The translations under genes and the position numbers were made by a program. The notes beneath the pieces are model-generated. The model did not search any database. It saw nothing but the letters and a program-made list of their open reading frames with translations, and was not told the DNA's origin. Positions 6,081 to 15,076 of a stretch of 57,923 nucleotides of DNA are shown piece by piece. Location: assembly GCA_036557265.1 (NCBI GenBank), contig DATBHU010000095.1, positions 1 to 57,923 on the forward strand, in the 5' to 3' direction. This DNA comes from Polyangia bacterium (lineage in GTDB: Bacteria > Myxococcota_A > Polyangia > Fen-1088). The stretch's first letter is position 1; each line of letters starts with the position of its first letter.

Positions 6081-7877
6081 ATGCCGGCCCGCGCTCTCCT
6101 GCTGCTCGCCGTCGTCGCGGCGACGCCTGCGCCGACGACGCCGGCGCCGCCGCCGCCGGCGACATCCGCGCCGGCGCGCGCGGCCGACGCCGGCGCCGAC
6201 AAGGCGCTGGCGGTCCGCCTCGAGCCGTTTCGCTTCTTCGCGGGCGCGCCGCCCGCCGGCTGGAGCGACCCCGCCTTCGACGATCGCAGCTGGTCCGGCC
6301 CCGCGCCCGGGCCGTTCGTGCCCCGCCAGCCGCCGCTGCCCCAGAACGTGCAGCAGCCCGCCGGCGCGACGAACTTCGACCTGGTCCCCGGCCAGCCGCT
6401 GCTGCTGCGGGCGCGCTTCGCCGTGCCCGACGCGCGGCGCGTGCGCGTGCTCGAGCTGCGCGTCGCCTACAACGACGCGTTCGTCGCCTACGTCAACGGG
6501 CGCGAGGTGGCGCGGCGCGGGATGGCGCCGGGCGGCGCCGCCGCGGCCGTGCCGCACGGCCCCGAGGTGGAGCGCGTCTACGTCGCCGTGCCTGACGTGC
6601 TGCCCGCGCTTTCGCCCGACGGCAACCTGCTCGCGATCGCGATCCATTCGTATCCCGAGCGCAGCACGGTGATCCCGACGGCGCCCGCGGCCATGGTCGG
6701 GCTGGCGGCCGCCAGCGGCGTGCGCATCGTGCGCGGCCCGTACCTGGCGGCGCCGGCGGAGTCCGGGAACAGGGCGCGCGTGAACATCGCCTGGGAGACC
6801 GATCTCCCGTCGCGCGGCCGGGTCGTCGTCGAGCCGGCGCCGGGCGGCGCGGCCACGCCGCCGCCGATGCAGATCCGGACGGGCCCGGCCGCGACGCGCC
6901 AGCTCGTGGCGGTCGACACCCTCGCGCGCGGCGCACGCTACGACTATCGCGTCGAGGTCGAGGCGGGGCCCGGCGACGGCGCGGCGAGCGCGCCGGCGCG
7001 CTTCGAGACGCTGCCGGCGCCGCCCGCGCCGCTGCGCTTCGCGGTCTACGGCGACATGCGCTACTCGGGGCACGAGGCCCACCGCACCATCGTCGACGCG
7101 CTGGTGCGCGAGGCGCCGCCGCTGGTGTTCAACACCGGCGACATGACCGACGAGGGAAGCCAGGAGGCGAACTGGCAGCGCTACTTCGACATCACGGCGC
7201 CGCTCGGCGCGATCGCGCCCGTCATCCCGGTGCTCGGCAACCACGACGCCGCGCGCGCCGGCGCGGGCGCGGCGAAGACGTGGGCGCTGTTCGCCATGCC
7301 GACGCCGGCGCCGCCGTTCTGGACTTCGCTCGATCTGGGCGGCGTCCACTTCGTGGTCCTGGACACCAACGACGCCGCGAACGCGGCGCAGCGCGCGTGG
7401 CTGGCCGACGATCTGGCGCGCGCCCGCCGCCACCACGCGCGCGGCGTGTTCGCCTTCTGTCACGAGCCGCCCTGGTCGCACGGCCTGCACGGCAACTCGC
7501 ATCGCATGATCCGCGACTACGCGCCGCTGCTCGCGGCCGGTCACGTCGACGTCTTCTTCTGCGGTCACGACCACATCTACGAGCGCGGCGTCGGTCCGAC
7601 CAAGCGCGGCAAGCTGGTCTACGTCGTCACCGGCGGCGGCGGCGCGCCGCTCTACAACCCGCGCTGCGAGGTCAAAAGCGTGGGACCCTCCCAGGGGCCC
7701 ACGAACAAAGACGTGCCGGGGCCGCTGCCGCCGTGCCCGCCGACGGTGGCGGCGCTGGCCAAGAGCTACCACTACATCACGGTCAGCGTCGACGACGACG
7801 CCATCACCCTGTGTCCCAAACGGCCCGACGGCTCGGCCGTGGAGCCGTGCGTCCGCCTGCCGCCCCATCGACGCTGA
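6081..7877 (+). CDS. secreted calcineurin-like metallophosphoesterase (purple-acid-phosphatase-like)
   Basis: Signal-like N-terminus. Motifs: FAVYGDMR, NTGDMTDEG, VLGNHD, FCHEPPW, CGHDHIYER. Confidence 0.8.
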   Translation: MPARALLLLAVVAATPAPTTPAPPPPATSAPARAADAGADKALAVRLEPFRFFAGAPPAGWSDPAFDDRSWSGPAPGPFVPRQPPLPQNVQQPAGATNFDLVPGQPLLLRARFAVPDARRVRVLELRVAYNDAFVAYVNGREVARRGMAPGGAAAAVPHGPEVERVYVAVPDVLPALSPDGNLLAIAIHSYPERSTVIPTAPAAMVGLAAASGVRIVRGPYLAAPAESGNRARVNIAWETDLPSRGRVVVEPAPGGAATPPPMQIRTGPAATRQLVAVDTLARGARYDYRVEVEAGPGDGAASAPARFETLPAPPAPLRFAVYGDMRYSGHEAHRTIVDALVREAPPLVFNTGDMTDEGSQEANWQRYFDITAPLGAIAPVIPVLGNHDAARAGAGAAKTWALFAMPTPAPPFWTSLDLGGVHFVVLDTNDAANAAQRAWLADDLARARRHHARGVFAFCHEPPWSHGLHGNSHRMIRDYAPLLAAGHVDVFFCGHDHIYERGVGPTKRGKLVYVVTGGGGAPLYNPRCEVKSVGPSQGPTNKDVPGPLPPCPPTVAALAKSYHYITVSVDDDAITLCPKRPDGSAVEPCVRLPPHRR

Positions 7878-7902
7878 GCGGGTTCCGGGTAACAATGAAC
7901 CG

Positions 7903-8787
7903 ATGCAAGCGCCGCCGTCTCCGCAGCCCGTCAAGCCGGCCGTCGAGGGAGGCCGCCACGTTCTCGCTTGGGACGACGTCCGGGTGGAGATCGACGCGGC
8001 GACGGGCGCCCGCGTCACCGCGCTGCGCCTGGGCGGCCGCGAGCTGCTGAGCGGGCCGGCGGCCGACGCCGGCAACTACGGCTCGACGTTCTGGCCCAGC
8101 CCGCAGAGCGCGTGGGGCTGGCCTCCCGTGTCCGAGATCGATCACGGCCCGTACCGCGCGGAGGTCGAGCCCGCGGCGATCGTGATGCGCGGCGCGACCA
8201 GCCCGACGCTGGGGGTGGCCGTCGAGAAGCGCTTCGCGGCGGACGCGGGCCGCGGCGCCGTCATCTTCGACTTCGCGATCGAGAACCGCGGCGGCGCGCC
8301 GACGCGGCTGGCGCCCTGGCAGATCACGCGCGTCCCGCCCGGCGGGCTGACGCTGTTCCCGACCGGGACCGGCTCCTTTCCGCCTTCCAACCTGGCCGTG
8401 CGCGAGGCGCTGGGCGTCACCTGGTACGCGTTCGACGCTGCGGCCGTCACCGATCACCAGAAGCTGTTCGCCGACGGGCGCGAGGGGTGGCTGGCGCACG
8501 TCGACGGCGACGCGCTGCTGGTGAAGACGTTCGCGATCGTGCCGCGCGCGGCCCAGGCGCCGGGCGAGGCGCAGATCGAGATCTACGCGACGCCCGCCCA
8601 CACCTACGTCGAGGTCGAGGCCCAGGGCGCGTACGAGACGATCGCGCCCGGGGCGGCGCTCGCGTGGCGCGTGGTCTGGCTGGTGCGCCGGTTGCCCCCC
8701 GAGGTTCCGCGCGCGGTCGCCAGCGCGCCGCTGCTCGACTTCATCCGCGGCGCCGTCGAGACGGACCGCGCCGCGGCGCGCGGTTAG
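7903..8787 (+). CDS. hypothetical protein, possibly of galactose-mutarotase-like / DUF4380-like fold
   Basis: 294-aa ORF with protein-like composition. The family call is from memory of the G.R...L..GG.ELL....G..FW.SPQ..W.WP pattern only. Confidence 0.4.
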   Translation: MQAPPSPQPVKPAVEGGRHVLAWDDVRVEIDAATGARVTALRLGGRELLSGPAADAGNYGSTFWPSPQSAWGWPPVSEIDHGPYRAEVEPAAIVMRGATSPTLGVAVEKRFAADAGRGAVIFDFAIENRGGAPTRLAPWQITRVPPGGLTLFPTGTGSFPPSNLAVREALGVTWYAFDAAAVTDHQKLFADGREGWLAHVDGDALLVKTFAIVPRAAQAPGEAQIEIYATPAHTYVEVEAQGAYETIAPGAALAWRVVWLVRRLPPEVPRAVASAPLLDFIRGAVETDRAAARG

Positions 8788-8805
8788 AGTCGAGGGGCAC
8801 CCGCC

Positions 8806-9498
8806 GTGTCGTTCGCGGTGATGTTCCAGCGCGCGCTGCCTGCCGGCGTGTGCGTGGCGGTGTCGCTGCCCGAGATGGACGACTTCGCGACGCCGCCCGG
8901 CCTGCACGCCGACGAGATCGCGTTCGTGCACGCGTCGTCCGCGGGGCGGCGCCGGAGCTTCTTCGGCGGGCGCGTCGCGCTGCGCGCCGCGATGGCAGCG
9001 CTGGGCGCGGGCGCCGCCGACGGCGCGCGCGCGATCCTGTCGACCCCGCGCGGGGCGCCCGCGATGCCGCCCGGCTTCGTCGGGTCGGTCAGCCACAAGC
9101 GCGAGCTGGCCGTGGCGATCGTCGCGCGCGCCGAGCCGACGCCGCAGGTCACCGTCGGCGTCGACGTCGAGGTCGCGCGCGCCTTGCGGGCGGACATCGC
9201 GCCACGCGTGCTGACGCCCGCCGAGCGCGCCGCGCTGTCAGACCTCACGGGCGACGCGCGCGACGCGGCGGTGCTGGTGCGCTTCGCGCTGAAGGAGGCG
9301 ATCTACAAGGCGCTCGACCCCTGGGTGCAGCGCCTGGTCTCGTTCCAGGAGGTCGAGATCGTCGCCGCCCCCGAGGGCGGCGCCTGGCGCGCGCGCCTGA
9401 CGCTGGCGCGCGGCGAGGGGCCGTTCTCGATCGATCTCTACGACGCCAGCGGCGACGGCCTCGTGCTCGTCGTTGCGGCTGTCGAGCGCGGGCGCTAG
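8806..9498 (+). CDS. 4'-phosphopantetheinyl transferase (Sfp/EntD type)
   Basis: GSVSHKRELAVAIV, GVDVE and FALKEAIYKAL motifs. GTG start. Confidence 0.75.
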   Translation: MSFAVMFQRALPAGVCVAVSLPEMDDFATPPGLHADEIAFVHASSAGRRRSFFGGRVALRAAMAALGAGAADGARAILSTPRGAPAMPPGFVGSVSHKRELAVAIVARAEPTPQVTVGVDVEVARALRADIAPRVLTPAERAALSDLTGDARDAAVLVRFALKEAIYKALDPWVQRLVSFQEVEIVAAPEGGAWRARLTLARGEGPFSIDLYDASGDGLVLVVAAVERGR

Positions 9499-10334
9499 TT
9501 GTAGGTCGCGGAGAAGACGAGCGAGAAGGTGACGCCGGACCACTTCGTGGTGGGATCGTTCTTGTCCTTCATGCCGCCCGCCGCCAGGATCTCGGCGGCC
9601 GCGCCCACGCCCCAGTCCTGCGAGACCCACCACTCCTTGCCGAACATCCCTTGAAAGCCGTACCCGATGTCCGATTCGTACGTGTTGCTGCCGTTCGAAT
9701 CCGACGCCTGGAACTGCATGGCGGCGACCGTGCCCGAGATGTACATGTTGTACGGGTCGATGTAATACGCGATCCCGGGCCCGATGCCGCTGATGGTCGT
9801 CGTGCCGCTGGCGCTCCCCTGGTCGACTCCGTTGATCGACAGGGTGGGATCGCTGATCCCCATCGCGAACAGGTTGCCGAAGATGATCAGGTTCGGCGCG
9901 ATGGCGCCGCCGACCGCGAGCCCGAACGACGCGCCAGCGCCCTTGAACTTGGTGTCGTAGCCATTCGAGTTGCCCATCTCGGCGTAGCCGCCGCCGAGGT
10001 GGAGGCGCAGGTAGAAACCGTCGTGCGCGTGCTGCGGCGGCGCGTACTGGGGGGCGTATCCGGGGGCCGGCGCGTAGGCCTGCGGCGGCGGATATCCCGC
10101 CGGCGCCGGCTGCTGGTAGCCGGGCGGCGGCTGCTGCTGGTAGCCGGGCGGCGGTGCTTGCTGATAACCGGGCGGCGGCGCCTGATAGCCGGGCGGCGGC
10201 GCTTGATAGCCGGGCGGCGGCGTGTTGTCCTGCGGCGGCGGCGCGGTCTGCGCCATCGCGGCCGACGAGACACCCACGATCCCCGAGGCGACCAACGCCA
10301 AGGCCGTACGATGAAGAGCGCGAGAGCTGTGCAT
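9495..10334 (-). CDS. secreted protein: signal peptide, PPPGYQ repeat region and C-terminal small beta-barrel (OMP-like) domain
   Basis: The signal peptide ends AAMAQT. It is followed by 5-6 PPPGYQ(Q) units and a ~175-aa Gly/aromatic-rich region with alternating beta-strand pattern. Confidence 0.7.
   Translation of the reverse strand: MHSSRALHRTALALVASGIVGVSSAAMAQTAPPPQDNTPPPGYQAPPPGYQAPPPGYQQAPPPGYQQQPPPGYQQPAPAGYPPPQAYAPAPGYAPQYAPPQHAHDGFYLRLHLGGGYAEMGNSNGYDTKFKGAGASFGLAVGGAIAPNLIIFGNLFAMGISDPTLSINGVDQGSASGTTTISGIGPGIAYYIDPYNMYISGTVAAMQFQASDSNGSNTYESDIGYGFQGMFGKEWWVSQDWGVGAAAEILAAGGMKDKNDPTTKWSGVTFSLVFSATYN
10032..10241 (-). repeat. coding tandem repeats (18-21-bp units) encoding PPPGYQ
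   Basis: Repeated ggcggcggcgc(c/t)tgatagccgg units are visible in the DNA. The translation is PPPGYQAPPPGYQAPPPGYQQAPPPGYQQQPPPGYQQ. Confidence 0.85.
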
Positions 10335-10500
10335 GCTGATCCTTTCTCCAGGCGATTCGAAGTTTCGCTGAGACGACCTGCGCCGAACCGGCGATTCAAA
10401 ACTTCATTGAGAGTTTCTTCTGAGCGTGGCGTTTTGTAAATGCCACGGCTCACATGGAAATGAGCGGATCTGCGACACGTGGGTGTGATTCAATCGTCGC

Positions 10501-11496
10501 ATGCGCGCTATCACGGCATCCCTTTCGATCGTGCTGACGGCCGCGGCTCATCAGGCGATCGCGATCGCGCAGACCGCGCCGCCGGCGGGCCCGGCAGCGC
10601 CGCCGGCCGGGGCGGCGCCGCCACCGGCGTCGGCGCCGGCGTACCCGCCGCCGCCCGCCGGCCAGCAACCGCCGCCCGTCAACCCGCCGCCGCCGCCCGG
10701 GTATCAGCAACCGCCGCCCGGCTATCAACAGCAGCAGCCCCCGCCGGCGTACCAGCCGCCGCCGGGGTATCAGCCGCCGCCGCCCGGTTATCAGCCGCCG
10801 CCACCGGGGTATCAGCAGCAGCCGCCGCCGGGTTACTACCAGCCGCCGCCGGGCTACTACCAGCCGCCGCCGCAGGGCACCTACCAGCAGCCCCCGCCCG
10901 GCTACTACCAACCACCGCCGCCGTCGGGGTACGGCTACCCGCCGCCACCTCCTCCGCCTGCCCCGCGGACGCACGGCTTCCTCGCGTTGCCGTACATCGG
11001 CACCGCGTCGCACGTCGGCTCCAACAGCGCGGACCTCGGCCCCGGGTTCATGATCGGCGCGCTGCTGGGCGGTCGGCTGAACCCGAACTTTTCGATCAAC
11101 GGCGAGCTGCGCGTCGACGTCCTCAACTACAAGAACCTCGCGCCCTCTGACACCCGGACCGCCACCGAGACCGACATCGCGTTCAGCCCGCTGTTCCACG
11201 TTCAGTTCCCGACCGGTGAGTTCGTGGTGGGGCCGAAGTTCGGGTTCTTCTCGTACGACGAGGACGACAGCGGTTCGTCGAACGTCACGTACACGGCCAC
11301 GGGGACCACCTACGGTGTGAACGCGGGCGTCTTCTTCGCGCTCGGTCGCGCCCTGTCGCTGGGCGGGATGATCAGCTACACGGTTCGCGACGCCAGCCAG
11401 CAGTGCACGACGCCGTCGGGCGGGGTCAAGAACTGCACCGACGGCAACTACGCCGCCGAGAACGTGCTCGGCTTCCACGGCGGCATGCTGTTTTGA
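10501..11496 (+). CDS. paralogous secreted PPPGYQ/PPPGYYQ-repeat protein with C-terminal OMP-like beta-barrel domain (terminal Phe)
   Basis: Signal peptide (..AIAIAQT), about 11 PPPGY(Y)Q units, and a beta-barrel-like C-terminus ending GFHGGMLF. Confidence 0.75.
   Translation: MRAITASLSIVLTAAAHQAIAIAQTAPPAGPAAPPAGAAPPPASAPAYPPPPAGQQPPPVNPPPPPGYQQPPPGYQQQQPPPAYQPPPGYQPPPPGYQPPPPGYQQQPPPGYYQPPPGYYQPPPQGTYQQPPPGYYQPPPPSGYGYPPPPPPPAPRTHGFLALPYIGTASHVGSNSADLGPGFMIGALLGGRLNPNFSINGELRVDVLNYKNLAPSDTRTATETDIAFSPLFHVQFPTGEFVVGPKFGFFSYDEDDSGSSNVTYTATGTTYGVNAGVFFALGRALSLGGMISYTVRDASQQCTTPSGGVKNCTDGNYAAENVLGFHGGMLF
10684..10965 (+). repeat. coding tandem repeats encoding PPPGYQ / PPPGYYQ
   Basis: Repeated ccgccgcc(c/g)gg(g/c)ta(t/c)cag units. 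94 aa are almost entirely P, G, Y and Q. Confidence 0.85.
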
Positions 11497-11548
11497 CCGC
11501 GCCGGGGCGCGCCTCCGCCGCGCGCGCCCGTGTTCATCGTGTCAGCCG

Positions 11549-12238
11549 TCAGGCCTTGCGCTTGGCTTCGCGCAGGGCGCGGAACGCCTCGAACGTCGCG
11601 CAGCGCAGGAAGCGGTTCGTGCGCGTCTCGTGTCCGATCGTCGACGTCGCCGTCTCGCCGTAGTTGTGACCGGGGTAGACGCGCGTCTCTTCGGGCAGCC
11701 GCATCAGCCGCTGCAGGCTCTGCCACATCGCCGCCGTGTCGCCGCCCTGGAAGTCGGTGCGCCCGCAGCCGCCCACGAACAGCACGTCGCCCGTGACGAC
11801 GTAGCCGTCGGCGAGGTAGCAGGTGCCGCCCACGGTGTGGCCGCGCGTCTCCAGGGCGCGCACGCCGCGCCGCCCGATGGCGATGTCGCGCCCGTCGACG
11901 GCGTCGGTCAGCGTCCGCCCGGGCGCGCTCACCCGCCCAGCCTCGCGCGGGTTGACCACCACGGCGGCGCCGGTCTTCGCGCAGAGCTCGTCCACGCCCT
12001 CGATGTGGTCGTTGTGCGTGTGCGTGATCAGCGCCAGCTCGATCTTCAGGTCGAGGCGCTCGGCCTCGCGCAGCAGCCGATCGACCTCCCAGGCCGGATC
12101 GACCACCGCGGCGGCGCGCGTCTCCGGGCACCAGAGGATCTCGCAGAAGTTCTGGAGCAGGCCGACCTCGATCTGCACGACCTCGGGCGCGGGCGGGAGC
12201 CCAGCCGTGTCGTCCCCGCCTGCGGTCGCGGTTGTCAT
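11549..12238 (-). CDS. MBL-fold metallo-hydrolase (hydroxyacylglutathione-hydrolase-like)
   Basis: THTHNDHIEG motif, then RGHTVGG and GDVLFVGGCGRTDF. The ATG at 12238 overlaps the upstream stop (ATGA). Confidence 0.8.
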   Translation of the reverse strand: MTTATAGGDDTAGLPPAPEVVQIEVGLLQNFCEILWCPETRAAAVVDPAWEVDRLLREAERLDLKIELALITHTHNDHIEGVDELCAKTGAAVVVNPREAGRVSAPGRTLTDAVDGRDIAIGRRGVRALETRGHTVGGTCYLADGYVVTGDVLFVGGCGRTDFQGGDTAAMWQSLQRLMRLPEETRVYPGHNYGETATSTIGHETRTNRFLRCATFEAFRALREAKRKA

Positions 12239-14352
12239 TTGCCCGGCGCCCGGATCGAGATCGACGCCGCGCCCACGTTGTCGGCGCTGTCCCAGGCGCG
12301 CACCGCGACCGCGTGCGGGCCCGGCGCGAGCGGCGGCAGCTTGATCGTGAACGCCTCGACGAGGTCGTCGCAGATGCCGTCCGCCGCGGACAGGATCTGC
12401 CAGTCGCCGCCGTCCACCGAATACTCCAGCGCCACCAGCGGGCTCTGGTCGTCGCGCGCGCGCCCGGTCACGATCGGGTACTTCACGGTCAGCCCGACCA
12501 CCTCGGGCTTGCGGTTGTCGACCAGGATCGGCGACGACGTGAACGTCGTTTCGAGCGCGCGCTCCCGCGGTTCGGAGCGTTCGTCGCTGGCGATGACGCG
12601 CACGACGTAAGTGCCGTCGGGCAGCCCCTCGGTGTTCCAGTCGTACTCCGTCTTGGTCAGCGGATCGGGGCCGCCCAGCGGGCGCCAGACGGCGTCGTTC
12701 TCCTGGCGGAAGGCGAGCCGGTAGCTCAGCTCGTCGCCGTCCGGGTTCTCGACCTTCCAGCGCAGCTTGATCACGCTCTGGTGCGCGCGCGCCGGCGCGC
12801 CCCCGGTCGAAGTCGCGGCCATCGCGCCCAGCGCGCCGATGGCGGGCGCGGGCGCGCCGCCGTCGGCCGGCCCGAGCTCGGTGATGCGCGCCCGCTGGTT
12901 CTGGGGCAGGTACGCGAGGGTCACCGCCGCGAGCCGGCCCTCGGGCGCGCCGAACGTCGCGCGGTACTGGACGTAGCGGGCGGGCGGGCTGGCGACCTGG
13001 CCGACGCCGCCCTCGGCGGTCGGGTGCGGCCGCTCGAGCGCCGCGAAGCCGGTCCAGGTCGCGTCGGGCTTGGCGGTGTTGCCGGAGCGGCTCTCGATGG
13101 CGACGTCGTGCGTCCCGTGCCAGCGGAACAGGCCCCACTTGGATCGGTACTCGCCGTCGAGCACGCGCGACAGGTAGGTCGCCTGGCGCGGCGCCGCCGG
13201 AACGGCGCGGTAGATGCCGCCCACGTCGCCGGTGCCGACCAGGAAGCCGTTGCCGGCGCGCAACAGCGCCAGCGCCTGGCGCTCGGAGACGTCGATGGCC
13301 AGCGCGGCGGTGCGGTCGGGCGACACGCGCCAGACGCGCCCCTCGCTGCCGGTGCCGACGTAGGCGCGGCCCGCGTCGTCGAACGCCAGCGTCGTGAAGT
13401 AGCCGTCCGGGATCGAGAACATCTGCTCCATCCGTCCGTCGGCGTCGATGCGGTAGAGCGCGGCCTTCGCCTTGCGCTGTCCGGGGCGCGGCAGCGAGCC
13501 CGCCGAGGCCGGCGAGCCCGACGTCGCGGTGGTGATCTTGGTGCCGCGCGGCGCGGCCGCCGCGCCCGCGCCGCCCAGCGCCGCTCCGCCGCCCTTCTCG
13601 AAGTCGTTGACCGCGGCGTAGAGCGAGCCGCCGAAGCGCGCCAGCGCGCGCACCTCCTCGGCGTCGAAGTCGGCGAGCGCCTCGGCGCGGCCGTCGAGGC
13701 CGACCTTGTACAGGATCGCCTCCTCGGACGTGCCGGCGTAGAGGTGCTTGTCGTCGGCCATGATCAGCGACACGACGTGCTTGTCGCCGGAGTCCCAGAT
13801 CGCGCGCGCGCGGCCGCCCGCGTCGATGGCGGCGATCTTGCCCGGCCCGCCGGTGCCGGCGTAGACCGTCCCGCTCTTGTCGAGCGCCAGCGCCCAGACG
13901 TGCTCGGCGGTCAACGTCGCCAGCAGCTTGGACTTGCCGCTCTTCGGATCGATCGTGAACACGCGGCCGCCCGGCGTCGTGCCGGCGACCAGCGTGCCGT
14001 CGGGGCGCACGGCCAGCGCCGTCACCCAGGCCGCCTCCAGCGTCGTCACCAGGCGCGCCTTGCCGCCCGTCGCGCCCGTGTCGACCGCGTAGACGCGCCC
14101 CTGGTCACCGGTGCCGAAGTAGGCGGTCTTGCCGTCGGGCGACAGGGCGCCGCACCAGACGAACGCGGCGTCGAGCGTGATCGGGCTCGACTTCATCCCG
14201 GGCACGACGTCGCCGGTCGGCAGCACCATGCTGGCCGTCGCCTCGCCCTCCTCGAAGTCCTTGGCCGTGGTCTGCCGGAAGGATTTGGTGACGGCGGCCG
14301 TGGCAGTGGCGGCGATCAGCAGTGCGGCGATCAGGATCGGGATGGAGCGCAT
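12235..14352 (-). CDS. secreted beta-propeller repeat protein with C-terminal Ig/FN3-like domains
   Basis: Signal peptide MRSIPILIAALLIAATATA, repeated G..VYAG/DG.LYAG propeller-like units, and a C-terminal beta-sandwich-like region. Start chosen at M11 of the track ORF. Confidence 0.65.
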   Translation of the reverse strand: MRSIPILIAALLIAATATAAVTKSFRQTTAKDFEEGEATASMVLPTGDVVPGMKSSPITLDAAFVWCGALSPDGKTAYFGTGDQGRVYAVDTGATGGKARLVTTLEAAWVTALAVRPDGTLVAGTTPGGRVFTIDPKSGKSKLLATLTAEHVWALALDKSGTVYAGTGGPGKIAAIDAGGRARAIWDSGDKHVVSLIMADDKHLYAGTSEEAILYKVGLDGRAEALADFDAEEVRALARFGGSLYAAVNDFEKGGGAALGGAGAAAAPRGTKITTATSGSPASAGSLPRPGQRKAKAALYRIDADGRMEQMFSIPDGYFTTLAFDDAGRAYVGTGSEGRVWRVSPDRTAALAIDVSERQALALLRAGNGFLVGTGDVGGIYRAVPAAPRQATYLSRVLDGEYRSKWGLFRWHGTHDVAIESRSGNTAKPDATWTGFAALERPHPTAEGGVGQVASPPARYVQYRATFGAPEGRLAAVTLAYLPQNQRARITELGPADGGAPAPAIGALGAMAATSTGGAPARAHQSVIKLRWKVENPDGDELSYRLAFRQENDAVWRPLGGPDPLTKTEYDWNTEGLPDGTYVVRVIASDERSEPRERALETTFTSSPILVDNRKPEVVGLTVKYPIVTGRARDDQSPLVALEYSVDGGDWQILSAADGICDDLVEAFTIKLPPLAPGPHAVAVRAWDSADNVGAASISIRAPGK

Positions 14353-14502
14353 GCCGGGGCCGATATTGTAAAGGACGATCAAGGTTTTCGCCTGTCGGTC
14401 CGTGCTGGCTGCCCTTTGACGTTCCGGAGCTCTGCCAGCGCCTGTCGGGGCCTAGCGTCTAGCCAATGTATCTACTAATCTTCCAAACAGGAGCGGCCGC
14501 TG

Positions 14503-14745
14503 ATGATCGCAAAGGTCCAGAAATGGGGAAATAGCCTCGCCGTGCGGATTCCAAAGCCGCTTGCGAAAGAGGCTCATCTGTCGAATGACGCGGAGGTCGA
14601 GCTTTCAGTCCAGCGGGGCAAGCTGACCGTCGCGCGTTCGCGGCCGCGCCGCTTTCGGCTTGCGGATCTGCTGGCCGACGTTCGCCCGTCCAATCTCCAC
14701 GACGAGGTCAGTTTCGGCGGCCCGGTCGGCCGTGAGCGTCTTTGA
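14503..14745 (+). CDS. mazE: MazE/PemI (AbrB/SpoVT-fold) antitoxin
   Basis: MIAKVQKWGNSLAVRIPKPLAKEA is the canonical SpoVT/AbrB antitoxin N-terminus. AGGAG RBS. Its stop overlaps the toxin start (TTGA). Confidence 0.85.
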   Translation: MIAKVQKWGNSLAVRIPKPLAKEAHLSNDAEVELSVQRGKLTVARSRPRRFRLADLLADVRPSNLHDEVSFGGPVGRERL

Positions 14746-15074
14746 GTTACGTCCCGGAGCGTGGCGACTTCGTGTGGCTGGATTTCGATCCCCAGTCAGG
14801 GCACGAGCAGGCCGGCCACCGGCCCGCGCTCGTGCTGTCACCTCGCGAATACAATCGCAAGGTCGGGTTGGCGCTTTTCTGTCCGGTCTCCACGAAGGTG
14901 AAGGGCTATCCATTCGAGGTGAAGGTCGCGTCAGGGAGAAAAATATCCGGCGTTGTCCTGGCCGACCAGATCAAGAGCCTCGACTGGCGCGCCCGTCGCG
15001 CGACCTTCGTCGAGCGGGCCGCGAACGCCGTCACGACCGAAACGCTCGCGAAGGCCGCAGCGTTACTGGAGTAG
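14742..15074 (+). CDS. mazF: MazF/PemK-family endoribonuclease toxin
   Basis: PERGDFVWLDFDPQSGHEQAGHRPALVLSP...GVVLADQIKSLDWRAR closely parallels Kid/PemK. Confidence 0.85.
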   Translation: MSYVPERGDFVWLDFDPQSGHEQAGHRPALVLSPREYNRKVGLALFCPVSTKVKGYPFEVKVASGRKISGVVLADQIKSLDWRARRATFVERAANAVTTETLAKAAALLE

Positions 15075-15076
15075 CC

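Noticed and set aside
9693-9702. A GTTCGAATCC string resembling a tRNA T-arm.
   Set aside because: It lies inside the 9495..10334 CDS. It lacks the preceding GG, and I could find no complementary acceptor or T-stem partners or D-arm around it.
10032-10965. Regularly spaced short DNA repeats that could superficially suggest a CRISPR-like array.
   Set aside because: The units are 18-21 bp and contiguous with no spacers. They lie in frame inside two ORFs with signal peptides and encode PPPGYQ, so they are coding tandem repeats.
14389-14448. A 10-bp direct repeat CGCCTGTCGG (14389-14398 and 14439-14448) upstream of mazE, considered as an operator or an insertion scar.
   Set aside because: Both copies are on the same side of the module, so it is not a flanking duplication. 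The word is GC-rich and low-information in this genome. MazE-type operators are usually palindromic.
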